A stretch of DNA of 64,000 nt, taken from the NCBI RefSeq assembly GCF_963921235.1, contig NC_086097.1, positions 90,646,001 to 90,710,000 on the forward strand, read 5' to 3'. Source of the stretch: Mobula hypostoma (Eukaryota). Below, in pieces: positions 13,388 to 25,724 of this stretch. Positions within the stretch are counted from its first letter, which is position 1. Every line of letters begins with the position of its first letter. A model generated the notes under the pieces. The model searched no databases, was not told where the DNA came from, and saw nothing but the letters and a program-made list of their open reading frames with translations. Made by a program: the position numbers and the translations under genes.

Positions 13388-13540
13388 CAAACAAGAGAAA
13401 ATCTGCAGATGCTGAAAATCTGAGCAACACACAGAAAATACTGGAGGAACTCAGCAGGCCAGGCAGTGTTTGGCCTGAAACGTAGACGGTACTCTTTTCC
13501 TAGATGCTGCCTGGCCTGCTGAGTTCTCCCAGCATTTGGT
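13388..13540. mobile_element. Inverted pair of Penelope-type terminal repeats
   Basis: GAACTCAGCAGGCCAGGCAG ... CTGCCTGGCCTGCTGAGTTC inverted repeat around a truncated hammerhead half (GGCCTGAAACGTAGAC). Confidence 0.7.
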
Positions 13541-13843
13541 GCTGTGACATGTCTCTCCCTTTGTTGCTTCTGCTTCTATGTCACACAACCCTTTAATGTT
13601 AAAACAATGGCAGGGAGACTGTCCTTGTGTGCCAATGATAGAGCACAGAACAGTACAAGACAGAAACAGACCTCCTGGCCCATGGTGTCCGAGCTGGTCA
13701 TGACGCCAAATTAAATTTATCCCAGGTGCTTGCACCTGATCCATATCTGTCCATCCCCGCCTGTTCTAATGCTTACCTAAATGCCTCTTATACATTGCTA
13801 TCATAACTGTCCATACCACCAGAAATGGACACAATACTCTAGG

Positions 13844-14013
13844 ATGCGGACACGAGGAAATCTGCAGGTGCTGGAAATTCAACCAACGCAGATAAAAAAT
13901 GCTGGTGAATGCAGCAGGCCAGGCAGCATCTCTAGGAAGAGGTACTGTCGACGTTTCAGGCCGAGACACTTCTTCAGGCCTGCTGCGTTCACCGGCACTT
14001 TTTATGTGTATTT
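13844..14013 (-). mobile_element. Short Penelope-derived insertion with hammerhead core and inverted tail
   Basis: Minus strand CTGAAGA-AGTGTCTCGGCCT-GAAA-CG-TC-GAC at ~13948-13978. 13-bp TSD ACAATACTCTAGG at 13831-13843 and 14014-14026. Confidence 0.75.
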
Positions 14014-14685
14014 ACAATACTCTAGGGATGGCTGTACCTTTCCCTACTCCGATTCCCACTTTGTTGGAGTAAGATATTCACCCCCTCATATCTGGGCTGT
14101 GTAGGAGTGAAGGGTCAGATTAATCATGGAATATGCCTACACAAGCTGGTACAATACTGTGCATCATTCGATGTTGTATGTTCAGCCCAATACAGGTACC
14201 TACCACTCTCTGTAAAACCCTTGCGCTGTAAATCTCCTTTAAACTTTCCCTCTCATCTTAAAGCTATACTCACTCATATTTGACATCTCCACCCTGGGGG
14301 AGGAAAAAAAAAGTTTATCCACCCTATTTATGCCCATCAAAATTTAGGAAACTTCAATCTGGTTCTCCTCAGCCCCTGATATTCTAAAGATAGGTTTAAA
14401 CTTCCCTCACGTCTTGGCGACATCAGAAAATGCTGACGTGAGTTGCAGCCACATTAAAAGGTTATAGTTCCCATTATTTTAACATGAGAATGTATTATCT
14501 AAAGGACGCAAGGCAAGGTCTAACAAAGATCAATGTGGTAATAATCAAATAATCTGTATCAATGATGTTGATGTCATGCTAGATGGTGCCTAGAATTGTC
14601 ATGAGCCTGCAGACCTCTGCGGCTTGCCGTACAGCATTGGGTTTCTAGGTTCTTCGAGCACTTGTATTTAATAATTGTTGTCTTA

Positions 14686-15593
14686 GGCTATGTCCACACT
14701 AGACCGGATAATTTTGAAAACGCCAGTTTCGAGTAAAAACAACAGGCGTCCACACTAGGCGTTTTTCAAAATATCTCTGTCCACACTAAAACGGATATTT
14801 GGGCGAATCTACTCCTACTGGGCATGCACAGACACATCTACAGAAAACAAGCGAAGAGGAAACGGTATAATATTTATGTTTCTGTGGCAGCGTTGTGCTA
14901 TTTCCATTGGCCAAAAACTAGAGTACCAACAACAACAACGAAAGAAAGTTTTCAACAACGTCTTCAAGGAATACAAAGAAAACCTCCGCTGGAAAAAGCA
15001 GACCGGACTTCTTCATTTAGACAGACAATGAAGTCGAGCTGTTTCTGCGAGTTACAAACAACTACAAAGTCAGCAAAGCAGTGGAGATGTTTAACTCCAA
15101 ACAAGCTATTAACGTAGACAATAAAGTAAACAGCACACGCATGAAGCCGTCCTCTACCCAAGATCAACAAGAGAGTGGAATCTTCTGCCGCCAGACCTGC
15201 GCAGTATTTCTGACATTAATATTTTTAAAGATAAACTCAATCAAATCAATTTAGGGGAGCTAGTCAAAAAAGCTCACTTTACAATTTAACTCTCACGCCG
15301 TTCACACCGACTGCGCGTTATAACAGCCGTCCGGCAGTGCTTGCGCAGTACCAAGCAGAAGCAGAAAAAACATTGTTGTTGTGGTATTGTCATGACAGCG
15401 TTTTAAAATATCTCCATTTACCCCGTCTTCACTACAACGCGCAACAATCGTTTTCAAATTTACACACTCTGGGGAGTGTTTTAGAAAAGCTCTGTTTTCG
15501 GGGGATGAAAACATGTTTCAATGTGGACAGAGGGTCAAAACGAAGAGAAAAAGCTTCGTTTTCAAAATTATCTGGCGTAGTGTGGACATAGCC
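14686..15593 (+). mobile_element. PIF/Harbinger non-autonomous DNA transposon
   Basis: ~37-bp TIRs (GGCTATGTCCACACTA..GATAATTTTGAAAACG) flanked by TTA/TAA, with subterminal GTCCACACTA repeats. Remnant FFI*TDNEVELFLRVTNNYKVSKAVE at ~15009-15088 resembles a Harbinger Myb/SANT-like protein. Confidence 0.85.
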
Positions 15594-16384
15594 TAACAAG
15601 AGTCGTTAAGCTCTTTGCTTTCTGAACATTCTGGTCAGTTATTTGTGACTGGCACGGGTTTCCTGAATTCTATTACTACTTCAAGGGGACTCCTGTTCAG
15701 TGGCTTAGCGGAGTCATTGCATTGGAAAGAATGATTTGTTTTCACAGTGTCACTCAGTCACTCCTCTGAGGCTCTGTTGGTATTCTTAATGTTAACCTCT
15801 TGTTTCTGTCTCTTCATGGGGAATCTGCTGCTTTTCATTCCTGGGGTAGAGTTGTTGTCAGCGCTCCCCGTGACTGAGGCTACTTTCCGCTGTACCCAGG
15901 TTGTGTTGGTGCCAGCAACTGCTGTGACAGAGAGAACCTGCCCGTCCTCAGCATTTGGATCCAGTCCTGTGAGCGTACACCATGAAGGGAAAATCAAATT
16001 CTTTACATCATTCTCATGGCCTGGTTTTACTGTGTGTTTCATCCATAAAGCAGCATGTCTAACAGCGTGGTACTCCCTTCAAATAAATCTAGTCATTTAA
16101 TATATTCATGTAGATTTTTGGATACTAAAAAGATAAGGAATGTGGAATGTGTGGAGGGAGGTGGCAACGAGGTGAAAGATTAATCATGATCTTTTTGATC
16201 GTTAGAGCAGATGTTGAACACAGACCATTGAATGGCACAGCACAGAATGGGCCTTTCGGTACATGGTGTTGTGCTGACTTGTGTAAACGTACTCAAATCA
16301 ATCCGATCCTTTTCTCCTACACAGCCCAGGCTAGAGGGGCTAAATGGGTTTATTCCCACAACATGGGAATTAAAGCAGCAAAGA

Positions 16385-16890
16385 GTAAGGCCACACCCAG
16401 AGTATTGTGTACATTTCTGGTCACCCTGTTGTAGGAAAGATGCCATTAAATTGAAAAGAGTGCAGAGATTTACAAGAATATTGCCAGATCTCAAGGGCTT
16501 GAGTTACAGCTAGAGGTTGGCAGGCTCAGACTTTATTCCTTGGAGGTTAGGAGACTGAGTGGTGACTTTAATAAGTATAAATTCTGGACGGTCATACATA
16601 TGTAGACTTTATGTGAACCAAAATGGGGACCAAAAACTAAACGGGGGTGAGAGGGAAATATTTATAAAGGACTGGAGGGTATTGGGTGTATGGAGCAAGT
16701 TGCCAGAGAAAGTAGCTGAAGCAGGTACAACAACAATATTTAAAATAATTTTGGACGGGTACATGGATAGGAAAGTTTTAGAGAGAGAGATAGGCCAAAT
16801 GCAGGCAAATGGGACAAATTTAGATGAGCATTTTGTTGGCATGGACTAATTAGAATGCAATGCCCGTTTCCAATGCTGTATGACTCCGTG
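16385..16890 (+). mobile_element. CR1 LINE 3' fragment, degenerate
   Basis: VRPHPEYCVHFWSP..KDAIKLKRVQRFTR followed by a CR1-type 3' UTR. Confidence 0.8.
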
Positions 16891-18699
16891 AACTCCAATG
16901 ACCCTAAGCCCTTTCTGCTATTTAACAACATTGCTCATGTTTTACATCAAATACACTTTCCCAGGCAAGCATTACTGTATATCCCAACAGAGATTCAAAA
17001 ATCTAAGATGGGGGAATTCCAAAGGTTGTGCGAGTGAAAGTAAATTTACTTAAATTCAATCCCCAGTTGCCAATTTAAATGTAAGGTTCAAAGTTCTCCT
17101 GTCAAGTAATGCAATCTCACCAGAAGCCATCAAGCCCTTTAAAAACCTTCTTTCTCCTGCTCACTTTCTCTGGAGTGGCACTGAACACAACTTACTGATT
17201 TCTGTATCTCTGTGCAAACTTTTAAGGACTCCCGGGACTTTTGAAAGTCTAGGTTATTTTCACACACATCTGCTGGTGTGAGGTAACCTCTTGAAGTGGT
17301 TAGCACTGTTGGACTTAATGTATCTGGGGGATCTGTTGAGCTGACATCTGAGTTGCAATCACACTTGCTGTGGATTATGTGAAGAGTGTTGTTGAACTGA
17401 TTCGTAGTATTACAGGTTCAGCATTCAGTAAGCAGCCAAAACTGCTGGAATCAGGAGTATGAAGTCGTACCTCCAAGTCTGTATTAGGCAGTGCTCTGGT
17501 GTCTGAGCCTTGTTTCTGCAGTGCCAATTTGGGCAACATAACTTGCAGGGAAAGAGAAAATATAGTTCATGTTTCAAGATGAAGACCCGTCGGCAGAACA
17601 GAGAAAGATGTTTCTCAATTCTAAAGAAGGATCAGCTACATGAAACACTGAATGTTTCTCTGATACTGCCTGACCCACTGGGTTTTATTTTTCCAATTTT
17701 TTTTTTTGCTTTTCAGGCTTCTGGAGTCCACGGTTTTATGTTTATTTTTCAGTCACTTGTGAAGAAGTGGTTGGTATGGATACATGAGATACAACTTCCT
17801 GCAGGTCAAATATCACGCTGAGAATGAGAACAACTTGTTTCATTTAGAGCAGTAGTCAAAGAGATAAGCTGAGTCTGTGGAGAGGAGAAAAACTATAGCT
17901 GAGGTTGTAGTCTTCTAAAACCTTGCTGCAGTAAATGCTCACTGTGAATGTCCGAAGGTGTGACCATTTAGAGAGTGGAGGAGTCAAAAAGGGTGGTTGC
18001 ATGACCAAGCCGGGTATTGACAATGTACACATGGAAAATGCTGTTGTGGATGAACGTGCGAAAGGAACAGAATGTGGTTGAAGAAGGGTCTGACCCATGG
18101 ATTAACCCTTCGAAACACCAGAGGCAGACTTTCAGGGGTGGGAAACTACTGATCATAATTCTCTGATGGGAATGGATAAAAACTTCAAAATGCAGATACA
18201 CTCAGCCATATCGTGGGGAGGGATGAGGAGATGACTGCATCAAAACTCAATCCTGATAATCAAAACGTGAAGACCATAATGCTGAAATGTTCAGCGACGT
18301 GGCCAGTATCAGAGAAGCCATGTAAACTGGTGCCAGCTCTTTCAAAGTGAGGCTTGGCCATTATTCTCATTGCTATTAGTAGGATCCTAGCTGCAAGATT
18401 TTGTTCTAATCCCCTGTTCCATTCTCATTGGCCTTTCATTTTTTGAAAGGAAAAAGAACAATTTCCATTTGAAAGTGAATCTGCTTCAGACAGTGGATTA
18501 ATACATGATCTCAGCTCCTGTGATGGAGTTGGGTTTGCTGACCACAAACTTCTGAACCCAAACAAAGATTTTGACTCTATTCGATATAGATAGCTATGAG
18601 TACTTTCATTAAGGAGAAATTATACTTTAATTATCCAATCTTCAAAAGCTAGTTTACTTCCCTGATTATTCTCTACGGTGCCATTACCCACTACTTGAG

Positions 18700-19727
18700 T
18701 GGTGGGGCCCCCCTCCTTACCAAGGACAAGATGCTTCCAACTAACAAAGTAGGTTAAAACACAATTTATTTACAGTGGTACATGTTTAAATCCAGACAAT
18801 ACTCTTAAAACATCTTTAAAACTTAGAGGTTTTCTATCATAATCATTTCCAAATTCTCACAGATTTCTATCTTAGCTTGAATCATTGAATCAAGGTCTTG
18901 AATCTTGGAACATTATAAACATTTCCAAACTACAAACCATTTCTAAAACATAAAGCACAAAACACAAAGCATAAATCATTTCTCAAACACGAAAACACAT
19001 ACAATTCCTATAAACTAAAAAGATGTACCGTAATGCAGACAAACAAATCATCTGTTGTAGAAAACAACACTGGAGGAATGGATTTTTATTTTCCCCTTGT
19101 TTCTTTCATACTTTAATAGGCCTGAACTGCTCCCTACATTTATACCCTTGTTCACCCACATGGGTGATTTCATAAGCATATGAAATCCTTTCCCTCAGAT
19201 GTCCTTTTAACACAAATAGTCTAAAAGCATTTTGGAGGCATATACCTCAGCTTAGTGTTCACAATTCACATTTAATGCTGTAAATCTAACTTCCTTGAGC
19301 TAAGCAAATTAAGAGTCAGCTTGTCTGTTTGAAACAACCAAGATTAAACAACCCATTGTCTTATACTGGATCTCTAGAAGCTATAGGTGCAGTTACTAAC
19401 ATCTGCTTCTACACAGATAGAATGTCTGTAAAACACACGGCTTGTTTGCAAAACTATGCTTTTAACTTCAAGCTGCCTACTACTTTTCACTTATATTTTA
19501 AGAACTGAAAATCGATTTCATTTTACAACCAGAAACTAAAGAAACTGTTAATTGGAAGTTTACTTTCAACTGTTTGTGATCTTCCAAATGGCAGCTGTGT
19601 AGCAAAGTAAAGTTAGCAAAAAACATAGAGTGAATATCTATCATTCCCTGTGCTCCCCAAAATTATGTTAAATCTGTATCTTCTATCTTCCTGCTGTGGA
19701 AATTCTTACTACCTCAGGACACCACCA
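18700..19727 (-). mobile_element. Putative solo LTR-like element
   Basis: Inverted termini TGGTGG...CCACCA, minus-strand TATAAA (~19140) and AATAAA (~18770). No clean TSD. Confidence 0.4.
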
Positions 19728-20744
19728 ACAAATTTAACTGAGGAAGAATAATCAGGTTCTATGGTCTTATTTTCACTGTACATATATTGCTGGTGTGAAA
19801 TTGCACAGCAATCCCTACAAAATAGTATCAAGGATATATTTTTGCAGGATTGCATTCAGTGATGTGTGCAGAAGGTGTGAGATAAACACACGAAGAATTA
19901 GAGGAACCCTGCAGGTCAGACCACATCTACAGGGCAAAATGGACAGCAGATATTTCGGATTGAAACCCTCTATCTGGACTCTTATTTGGGGAAGGAGAAT
20001 GCACAAACTTGACAAAGAGGTAAGGAAGGATTTCTACCTGCCTTTTGGATATACCTTTGTAAATTGTTCCTCAACGAACCGTGTTTAGTGTAAAAGGGTG
20101 CTTGATGGTCAGAGAGTCAAAGGGGCTATTTCCCTGCTGCATGACTCTAAATGTACATTTGAGTTGATGATTTTTGGGGAGAAGGGTTGCACACTTCCCA
20201 CTGGTACATGTTTATGCTGCAGATTTCACAGTCTGGATTTGCTGAGAGACTGTTTACCAAGAATGCTATCTTAGAGATTCAAGTACACCCAAGTGATACA
20301 TCATTAATATTGATCAGTGAACTATAACTTGCCAGCACTCTGATTGCAGTCCATAACTGATTAGCCATATTGGTAATTCATTCAGCGATGAATTACCCTG
20401 GGAGTGTTAAGCTGGAATGATCGACGTTGAATCAGAAGTCCTCGCAGGCACCCTTTGTGCCATTAGTCTTTGTTGATGCCAATAAATCATTGGCCCAGTT
20501 GTAACATTCTAATGCGCATGCTCTTGTCCAGAATTTGAGTTTATCACCTAGTTCATATTTAATGTCAACTGCTGGAGATGCAGCCTTTCCAATGAGTCCA
20601 TTCACCCAGCTTCTATCACCTGGATGAGATGGATGTAGGACAAAGAACTGAAAGATTTCCTCTTGTGTTGCCAGCTTCTGTGCTCAGATATTACTGTCAA
20701 AGCTATTTATTTAGCCATTCTTCTCATTGCTGTTGGCTCTCTAA

Positions 20745-21015
20745 GCTAGTAGCCAGTATCACTGCTACCTCACAGTTCTGGAGACCTCAGTTCAGCCCAG
20801 TGCTGTCTGTGTGGAATTTGCATGTTCTCCTAGTGAACATGTGGGTTCTTCTAATTGCTTCTGGTTTTCTCCACGTCTCAAAAAAGTGCAGGCTGGTAGA
20901 TTAATTGACTCCTGTAAGTGGTCTCCAGTATGTTGGCAAGTGGTAGAATTTAATCTGGAGGGAGTTGATGGGAATGTTCGGAGAATTAAATGGTTTAGTG
21001 TAGGATTAGAGTAAA
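20745..21015 (+). mobile_element. HE1/V-SINE-like tRNA-derived SINE, degenerate
   Basis: Contains a V-domain-like core GCTGTCTGTGTGGAATTTGCATGTTCTCC..GTGGGTT and is followed by a CR1-like tail. Confidence 0.65.
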
Positions 21016-21167
21016 TGGGTGCTTGAGAGTCAGCAACAACTCAGAAGCTAAAGAGTCCGTTCTGAGCTGTTTGCCTCTAACTATCTCACTGGTAGTGCAG
21101 TTCTCTGCAGTTGAATAAGTTGATGTATGCATGCAGGTTATTTCCATTGTTTTGGGCTAATAGACAG

Positions 21168-22004
21168 TGTTACGTACCCCGTAACTGGGTTGCCAAACCA
21201 GCAGAAATGGATCACTCAGTTGGAGTCTGGAGTACTAGAACTAAGAAAGTTTTATTAAAGAAACAAGCAACACAGTAATCGAAAGGATAATAAATGCAAC
21301 AATTCAACAATGATAACCACACATGTGCACAGAATTAAGATAACAGCATCAATCAAGCTCTATCGTTGTCTAGGGGTAAATGACCAATTTCAAAATGACT
21401 CAAAGTTCAGTTCGCAGTAATCGTTGCCATGGCGATGGACAAGGTGGGGGAAGAGAGACAGAGAGAACAACTCATCATTCAGCACAGCTTCACTCACAGA
21501 CCAGCGAGATTGCTCACGAGCAACTTTTGGGCGGGTCCTTGGTGATGTCACCTGAGGTCACCGACTGTGACCCCTCCTCCAGATGCGGTCGATCCTCTGC
21601 AGTGAACCCGGCACCCAGGCAAGGGCGGACACACACCGGGTTCCCGCTGATCGTACCTTTCCACCCTGTGCGTTGTCCGATACTTCTCACCACTCGTGAG
21701 AGGCGCACCGCTTCCAGGGTCTCGTTACCTCGGGTGGCGTGTGTGTCTGTCTTAGCGAACCTGTCCCTTTTTATCCCCCTGCTGGGGTATCGCCTGTCCA
21801 TCACTTCAAACAGTTCAAGGTTCAAAGGGGGGAGCCGCTCCAGACAGCTCTCTCTCCCACATCCCTTCATTACACATCTCCAGACGCTGCTCCATTGTTC
21901 CTTATCTCTCCTTCCCCTGAGGGCAGGTGGCAGACCAACTGCTGATGCCACTGATGCTAGCCCAGGCCAGCAAACATCTTAATTTTATGTGTATTCTCGT
22001 AACA
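21168..22004 (-). mobile_element. Solo LTR (Gypsy-type)
   Basis: Termini TGTTACG...CGTAACA, 4-bp TSD ACAG at 21164-21167 and 22005-22008, minus-strand AATAAA near 21255. Confidence 0.88.
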
Positions 22005-22554
22005 ACAGAAAGAGATGCATGAACAGGATGCCCACTTTGCTCATTAATTCTTTTTGACAACTTGTTATCAAAAATCTGGGAACATCGGGAAAGCAAACAA
22101 ACCAAACCGCAGCTGGACACATTTAAAGTCAGGCCAGATTATGGTATTCATTGAGAGGGATTATCATCAGTACAGTTTCCAGTGTTGATTGGGAAGATAA
22201 AGAGGGATGGCCCAAGACTATTTTGGCATGAATCAGGATTGAACGGTACAATCAGTGTACAATTGCATTGCACAATTACATTACTCCCATCGCTTCCAGT
22301 GTAAACAGCACTCAAATTTCAGTGTCCCACAACAGAGACTGACCTGGGAAACGAGTAATGGCATTGCACGGGCAAGCATAGGATCCTGGATACTCTGAAG
22401 CTGCAGTGGTCCCTGGTGCAGGAGGTGGAAAGGAGGAAAGGCACATTTCTTGAAAGATCAACACCCAAGCACATTACACATTCCATGAGGTTCACAGACA
22501 AACTTACCAATTTCTTGCAAGATAATTAGAGGCAGTGCCGCACACAGTTACAGT

Positions 22555-23050
22555 GTCACGGTGTGCACTAGCAAAGGCTCAACCCAAATGCAGAGGAAAG
22601 ACTGACTTCCATGTGGAGACGGTGACCGAGGTTTATTCATAAGAGTTCCAACAAGATGTCAGCCGCCCGGTAGAGTGACACTGCGAGACGTAACTTTCTC
22701 AAAGCTAGGACCCCGCAATGTGCTAATCAGGAATCTGCTTAAACAATCACAGTGTGTGCAAAATCACAGACCGTGCTAATGAAAATAAATGTAACAAAAT
22801 TAAACAGAAAGCACCAAGGAGTAATGACTCTCATTAAGACAACAATTAACAAGTTTTGGTGCTCTAGAAACCTCGGAGACCAACGTCCTCTGGCTGCCCG
22901 CACAGGCCCGGTGAGCTCCTTATAGTAACCTAACCATGCCCAACTCCTGATGGCCCAGGGAGGCCTGTGGAACCTGGAACAGGCCTGGGGAACTCAAAGC
23001 ATTGATAAAAAAAAACCTGGGAAACAGTGAATAGTCCTTGACCAGGTCTG
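22555..23050 (-). mobile_element. Degenerate LTR relic related to 28704-29010
   Basis: Starts TGTCACG. Shares blocks TAATGACTC, GGTGCTC and CTCCTGATGG(C/T)CCAGGGAG with 28704-28990. Confidence 0.45.
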
Positions 23051-23069
23051 AAGAGCTTATTACACACAG

Positions 23070-23760
23070 AGTCATATGGCACGAATGCAGGTTCCTCCGT
23101 CTATACTGACCATTTTATTTACAGTATATGCTAGCCCATTTACCTGTACTTTCTCTGTAGGCTTCTATGCCTGGATGATTCAAGTGCTCTTCTCCTTGCT
23201 TCTTAAATGCTCTTTGAGTAACTGCCTCCACCACCTCTTCAATAGGATGTTCCACTCTGCGTAAAAAAAACAAGCTCCTCAGATCCACTCTGAATCTTTT
23301 GCCCTGCACCTTAAACGAATGTTCTCTTGCTTTAGACACCTCCACCAGGGGAGAAAGATTCTTATTACCTATTCTGTTTATTGCCTTCACAATTTTGTAT
23401 TTCTCTGTCAAGTCGCCCCTTGGTGCTCTGGGGGAAACAAACCCAGCCTATCCGAACTCCCCTTATATGTGCAATGCACCAACTCAGGCAACATCTTGGT
23501 GAATCCCCTCTGGACCCTCTCTAGTGCAATCACATACTTCCTATATAGTGTGGTAACCAGAACTGCACATGATACTCTAGGTATGGTCTGATCACTGTTT
23601 TGTGAAGTTTTAACATTGCATTCCTGCTTTATTTTCTATGTCATGACAATTAAAGACTAGCCTTCTTTACCACCCTACCTACCTACACTGCCACTTTCAG
23701 TGGTCTGTGGCCTTCTATCCCAAGGTCCTGTCCATCAGCACTCCCTTGTACCCTAGTTTG
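23070..23760 (-). mobile_element. CR1 LINE 3' fragment, old
   Basis: ORF 23115-23411 (KYKIVKAINRI..REHSFKVQGKRF) resembles the CR1 ORF2 C-terminus. Confidence 0.7.
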
Positions 23761-24230
23761 GTACTCCAGGAGGGTCAAGAATGCCTGCCCATTTCTTTTA
23801 CTCTTGCCTACTTTCAGGAAGAAGATATAGGAGCTTGATTACCTGACTCAAGAACAGCTTTTCCCCCACCACTATCAGCTTTACAAACCAATTTTTCACC
23901 TTCCCTTCCCAATGGTGCTACCACATTCTTGGACTCATAATTCTATCTCTCTCTGTTATTCCATCATTGTCACTTTAACATTTTTTTTTTGCTCCACTAA
24001 AAATTGCACTAGAATCTTTGTCCTACTTCACTGATTTGTGCCCATTGTAGTATTTCTTGTTCTATATATCATTACTACATACTCATCCACCATTTACACT
24101 GAGAGCTTCACATGAACAAGGAGTTTCATTGCACCCTGATGTATACCGTATTTGAATCAGAATCTTTAATTGACCTTCCGAGATGCATCACTTTGTACCA
24201 GCTATGCTTGAATTCCATCCGCCTTTGGAA

Positions 24231-24907
24231 GGAGGGGAGGAGAAGATGGCGGCATGACGCAGCGCGGGCGGCCGCTCCGAAATGATATCTGTATTTGTTA
24301 AGTAGGTACCATGGACAATCCTGATTTGATGGAGACAGACGTGAGAAGCATGGAGGAACATATGGAGAAACTTCTGAAATGCCCACTTTGCTGCCGCTGC
24401 TACTGTGCGATCGAGAATCTCTGGAGGGGAAGGCCCCAAATCCTCGGCTTTGCCTATTGCCTGTTGCCGGGGCTGGTGTCGAAGCGCTTGGCAGAGATGG
24501 TACTCGGTGCTCAGTGTCGGAGGGCTGGTCGGAGGCTCGAAGCTTTCTGACGGACTCGGGAGTCGGCTGTGGTCGGGTGCTTCCAGGGTGCTGCATTGGC
24601 AAGTTTGCAACGCTGGAAGCTCATGGCAGGGAGAGTTTTCTTCCTTCTACCGTCTGCATGAGATGATGGGACTTACGAGAGACTTTGAGACTTTTTTTTA
24701 CCGTGCCCATGGTCTGTTCTTTATCAAACTATGGTATTGCTTTGCACTGTTGTAACTATATGTTATAACTATGTGGTTTTTGTTAGTTTTTTAGTCCTGG
24801 TTTGTCTTGTGTTTCTGTGATATCATCCTGGAGGAACATTCTATCATTTCTTAATGCATGCATTACTAAATGACAATAAAAGAGGACTACGTGTCCTCAT
24901 AATCTAA
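24231..24907 (+). mobile_element. ~630-bp non-coding retroposon (SINE-like), full length
   Basis: GGAGGAGAAGATGGCGGC ... AATAAAAGAGGACTACGTGTCCTCATAATCTAA, homologous to 11414-12045. Confidence 0.88.
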
Positions 24908-25207
24908 AAAAACTTTACAGTTGATCTACATCACCTTACAGCCCAAGACACTCCTCCCTGTTATCAACTATACCAGAAAATTTCTGAAGGGAATATGACT
25001 CAGTGGAGGATCTATTACTGAGGTGATAACCAGCAGAGGGCTGAAAGCGAGAAACAATGGCAGCACCACCATACACAATTCTCTTGCCTCTCACCACAAA
25101 CCTTTCTGATTTACTAACTGGGTTAGCACTGACATAAAACCAGCCGGTGCCTCTGAAAGATGAGGAGCATTATGGCCACAGTAGACATTGCTGGACACTC
25201 TGTGATA

Positions 25208-25274
25208 CAGTATGGTGCAAAAGTTCTAGGCACATATATATCACTAGGCTGCCTAACAACTTTGCATAATACTG
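25208..25274. mobile_element. Tiny Tc1-like MITE
   Basis: TA|CAGTATGGTGCAAAAGTTCTAGGCA ... TGCCTAACAACTTTGCATAATACTG|TA imperfect TIRs. A related single TIR lies at ~25683-25707. Confidence 0.65.
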
Positions 25275-25724
25275 TAGTAAGTTTATGTATTGCCCTGTAC
25301 TGCTGCTGCAGCAAAAAAAGAAATCGCAACACATTTGAATGATGATAAACCTGAACCTGATGTGGGTCTCTATTGTGGACTGAAAGTGGGATGTTGGGGG
25401 GTGGGGCAGCGGCAGGGAGAGGGGAATCATAGTTGGGAAAAGGGGAGGGGAGAAAGGAGGGAGTGCGAAGCTGCGAAGCACTGGAGAGATATTCTGTAAT
25501 GATCAATAAACCAATTGTTTGGAATCAAGTGACCTTGCCTGGTGTCTCAGGGCTGGGTGTGTCTGCACCTGCACCTCCTCCTCTGTCCCATGCTCCCCGC
25601 CCCCCGGTGCTCCACCCCTGCCATTCCATCATCCTTTGCTCCCACCAGATTTACAAACATCTCCACTCTACATTGACAAATACAGCACTGTGCAAAGTCT
25701 TAGACACACTGGCTAGGGTTATAA

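Noticed and set aside
21380..21982. 200-aa ORF
   Set aside because: It lies wholly within a TSD-flanked solo LTR and its composition is not protein-like.
24126..24755. Multiple overlapping ORFs (79-158 aa) in the 630-bp repeat
   Set aside because: Frames and stops differ between the homologous copies, and the GC-rich sequence explains the open frames.
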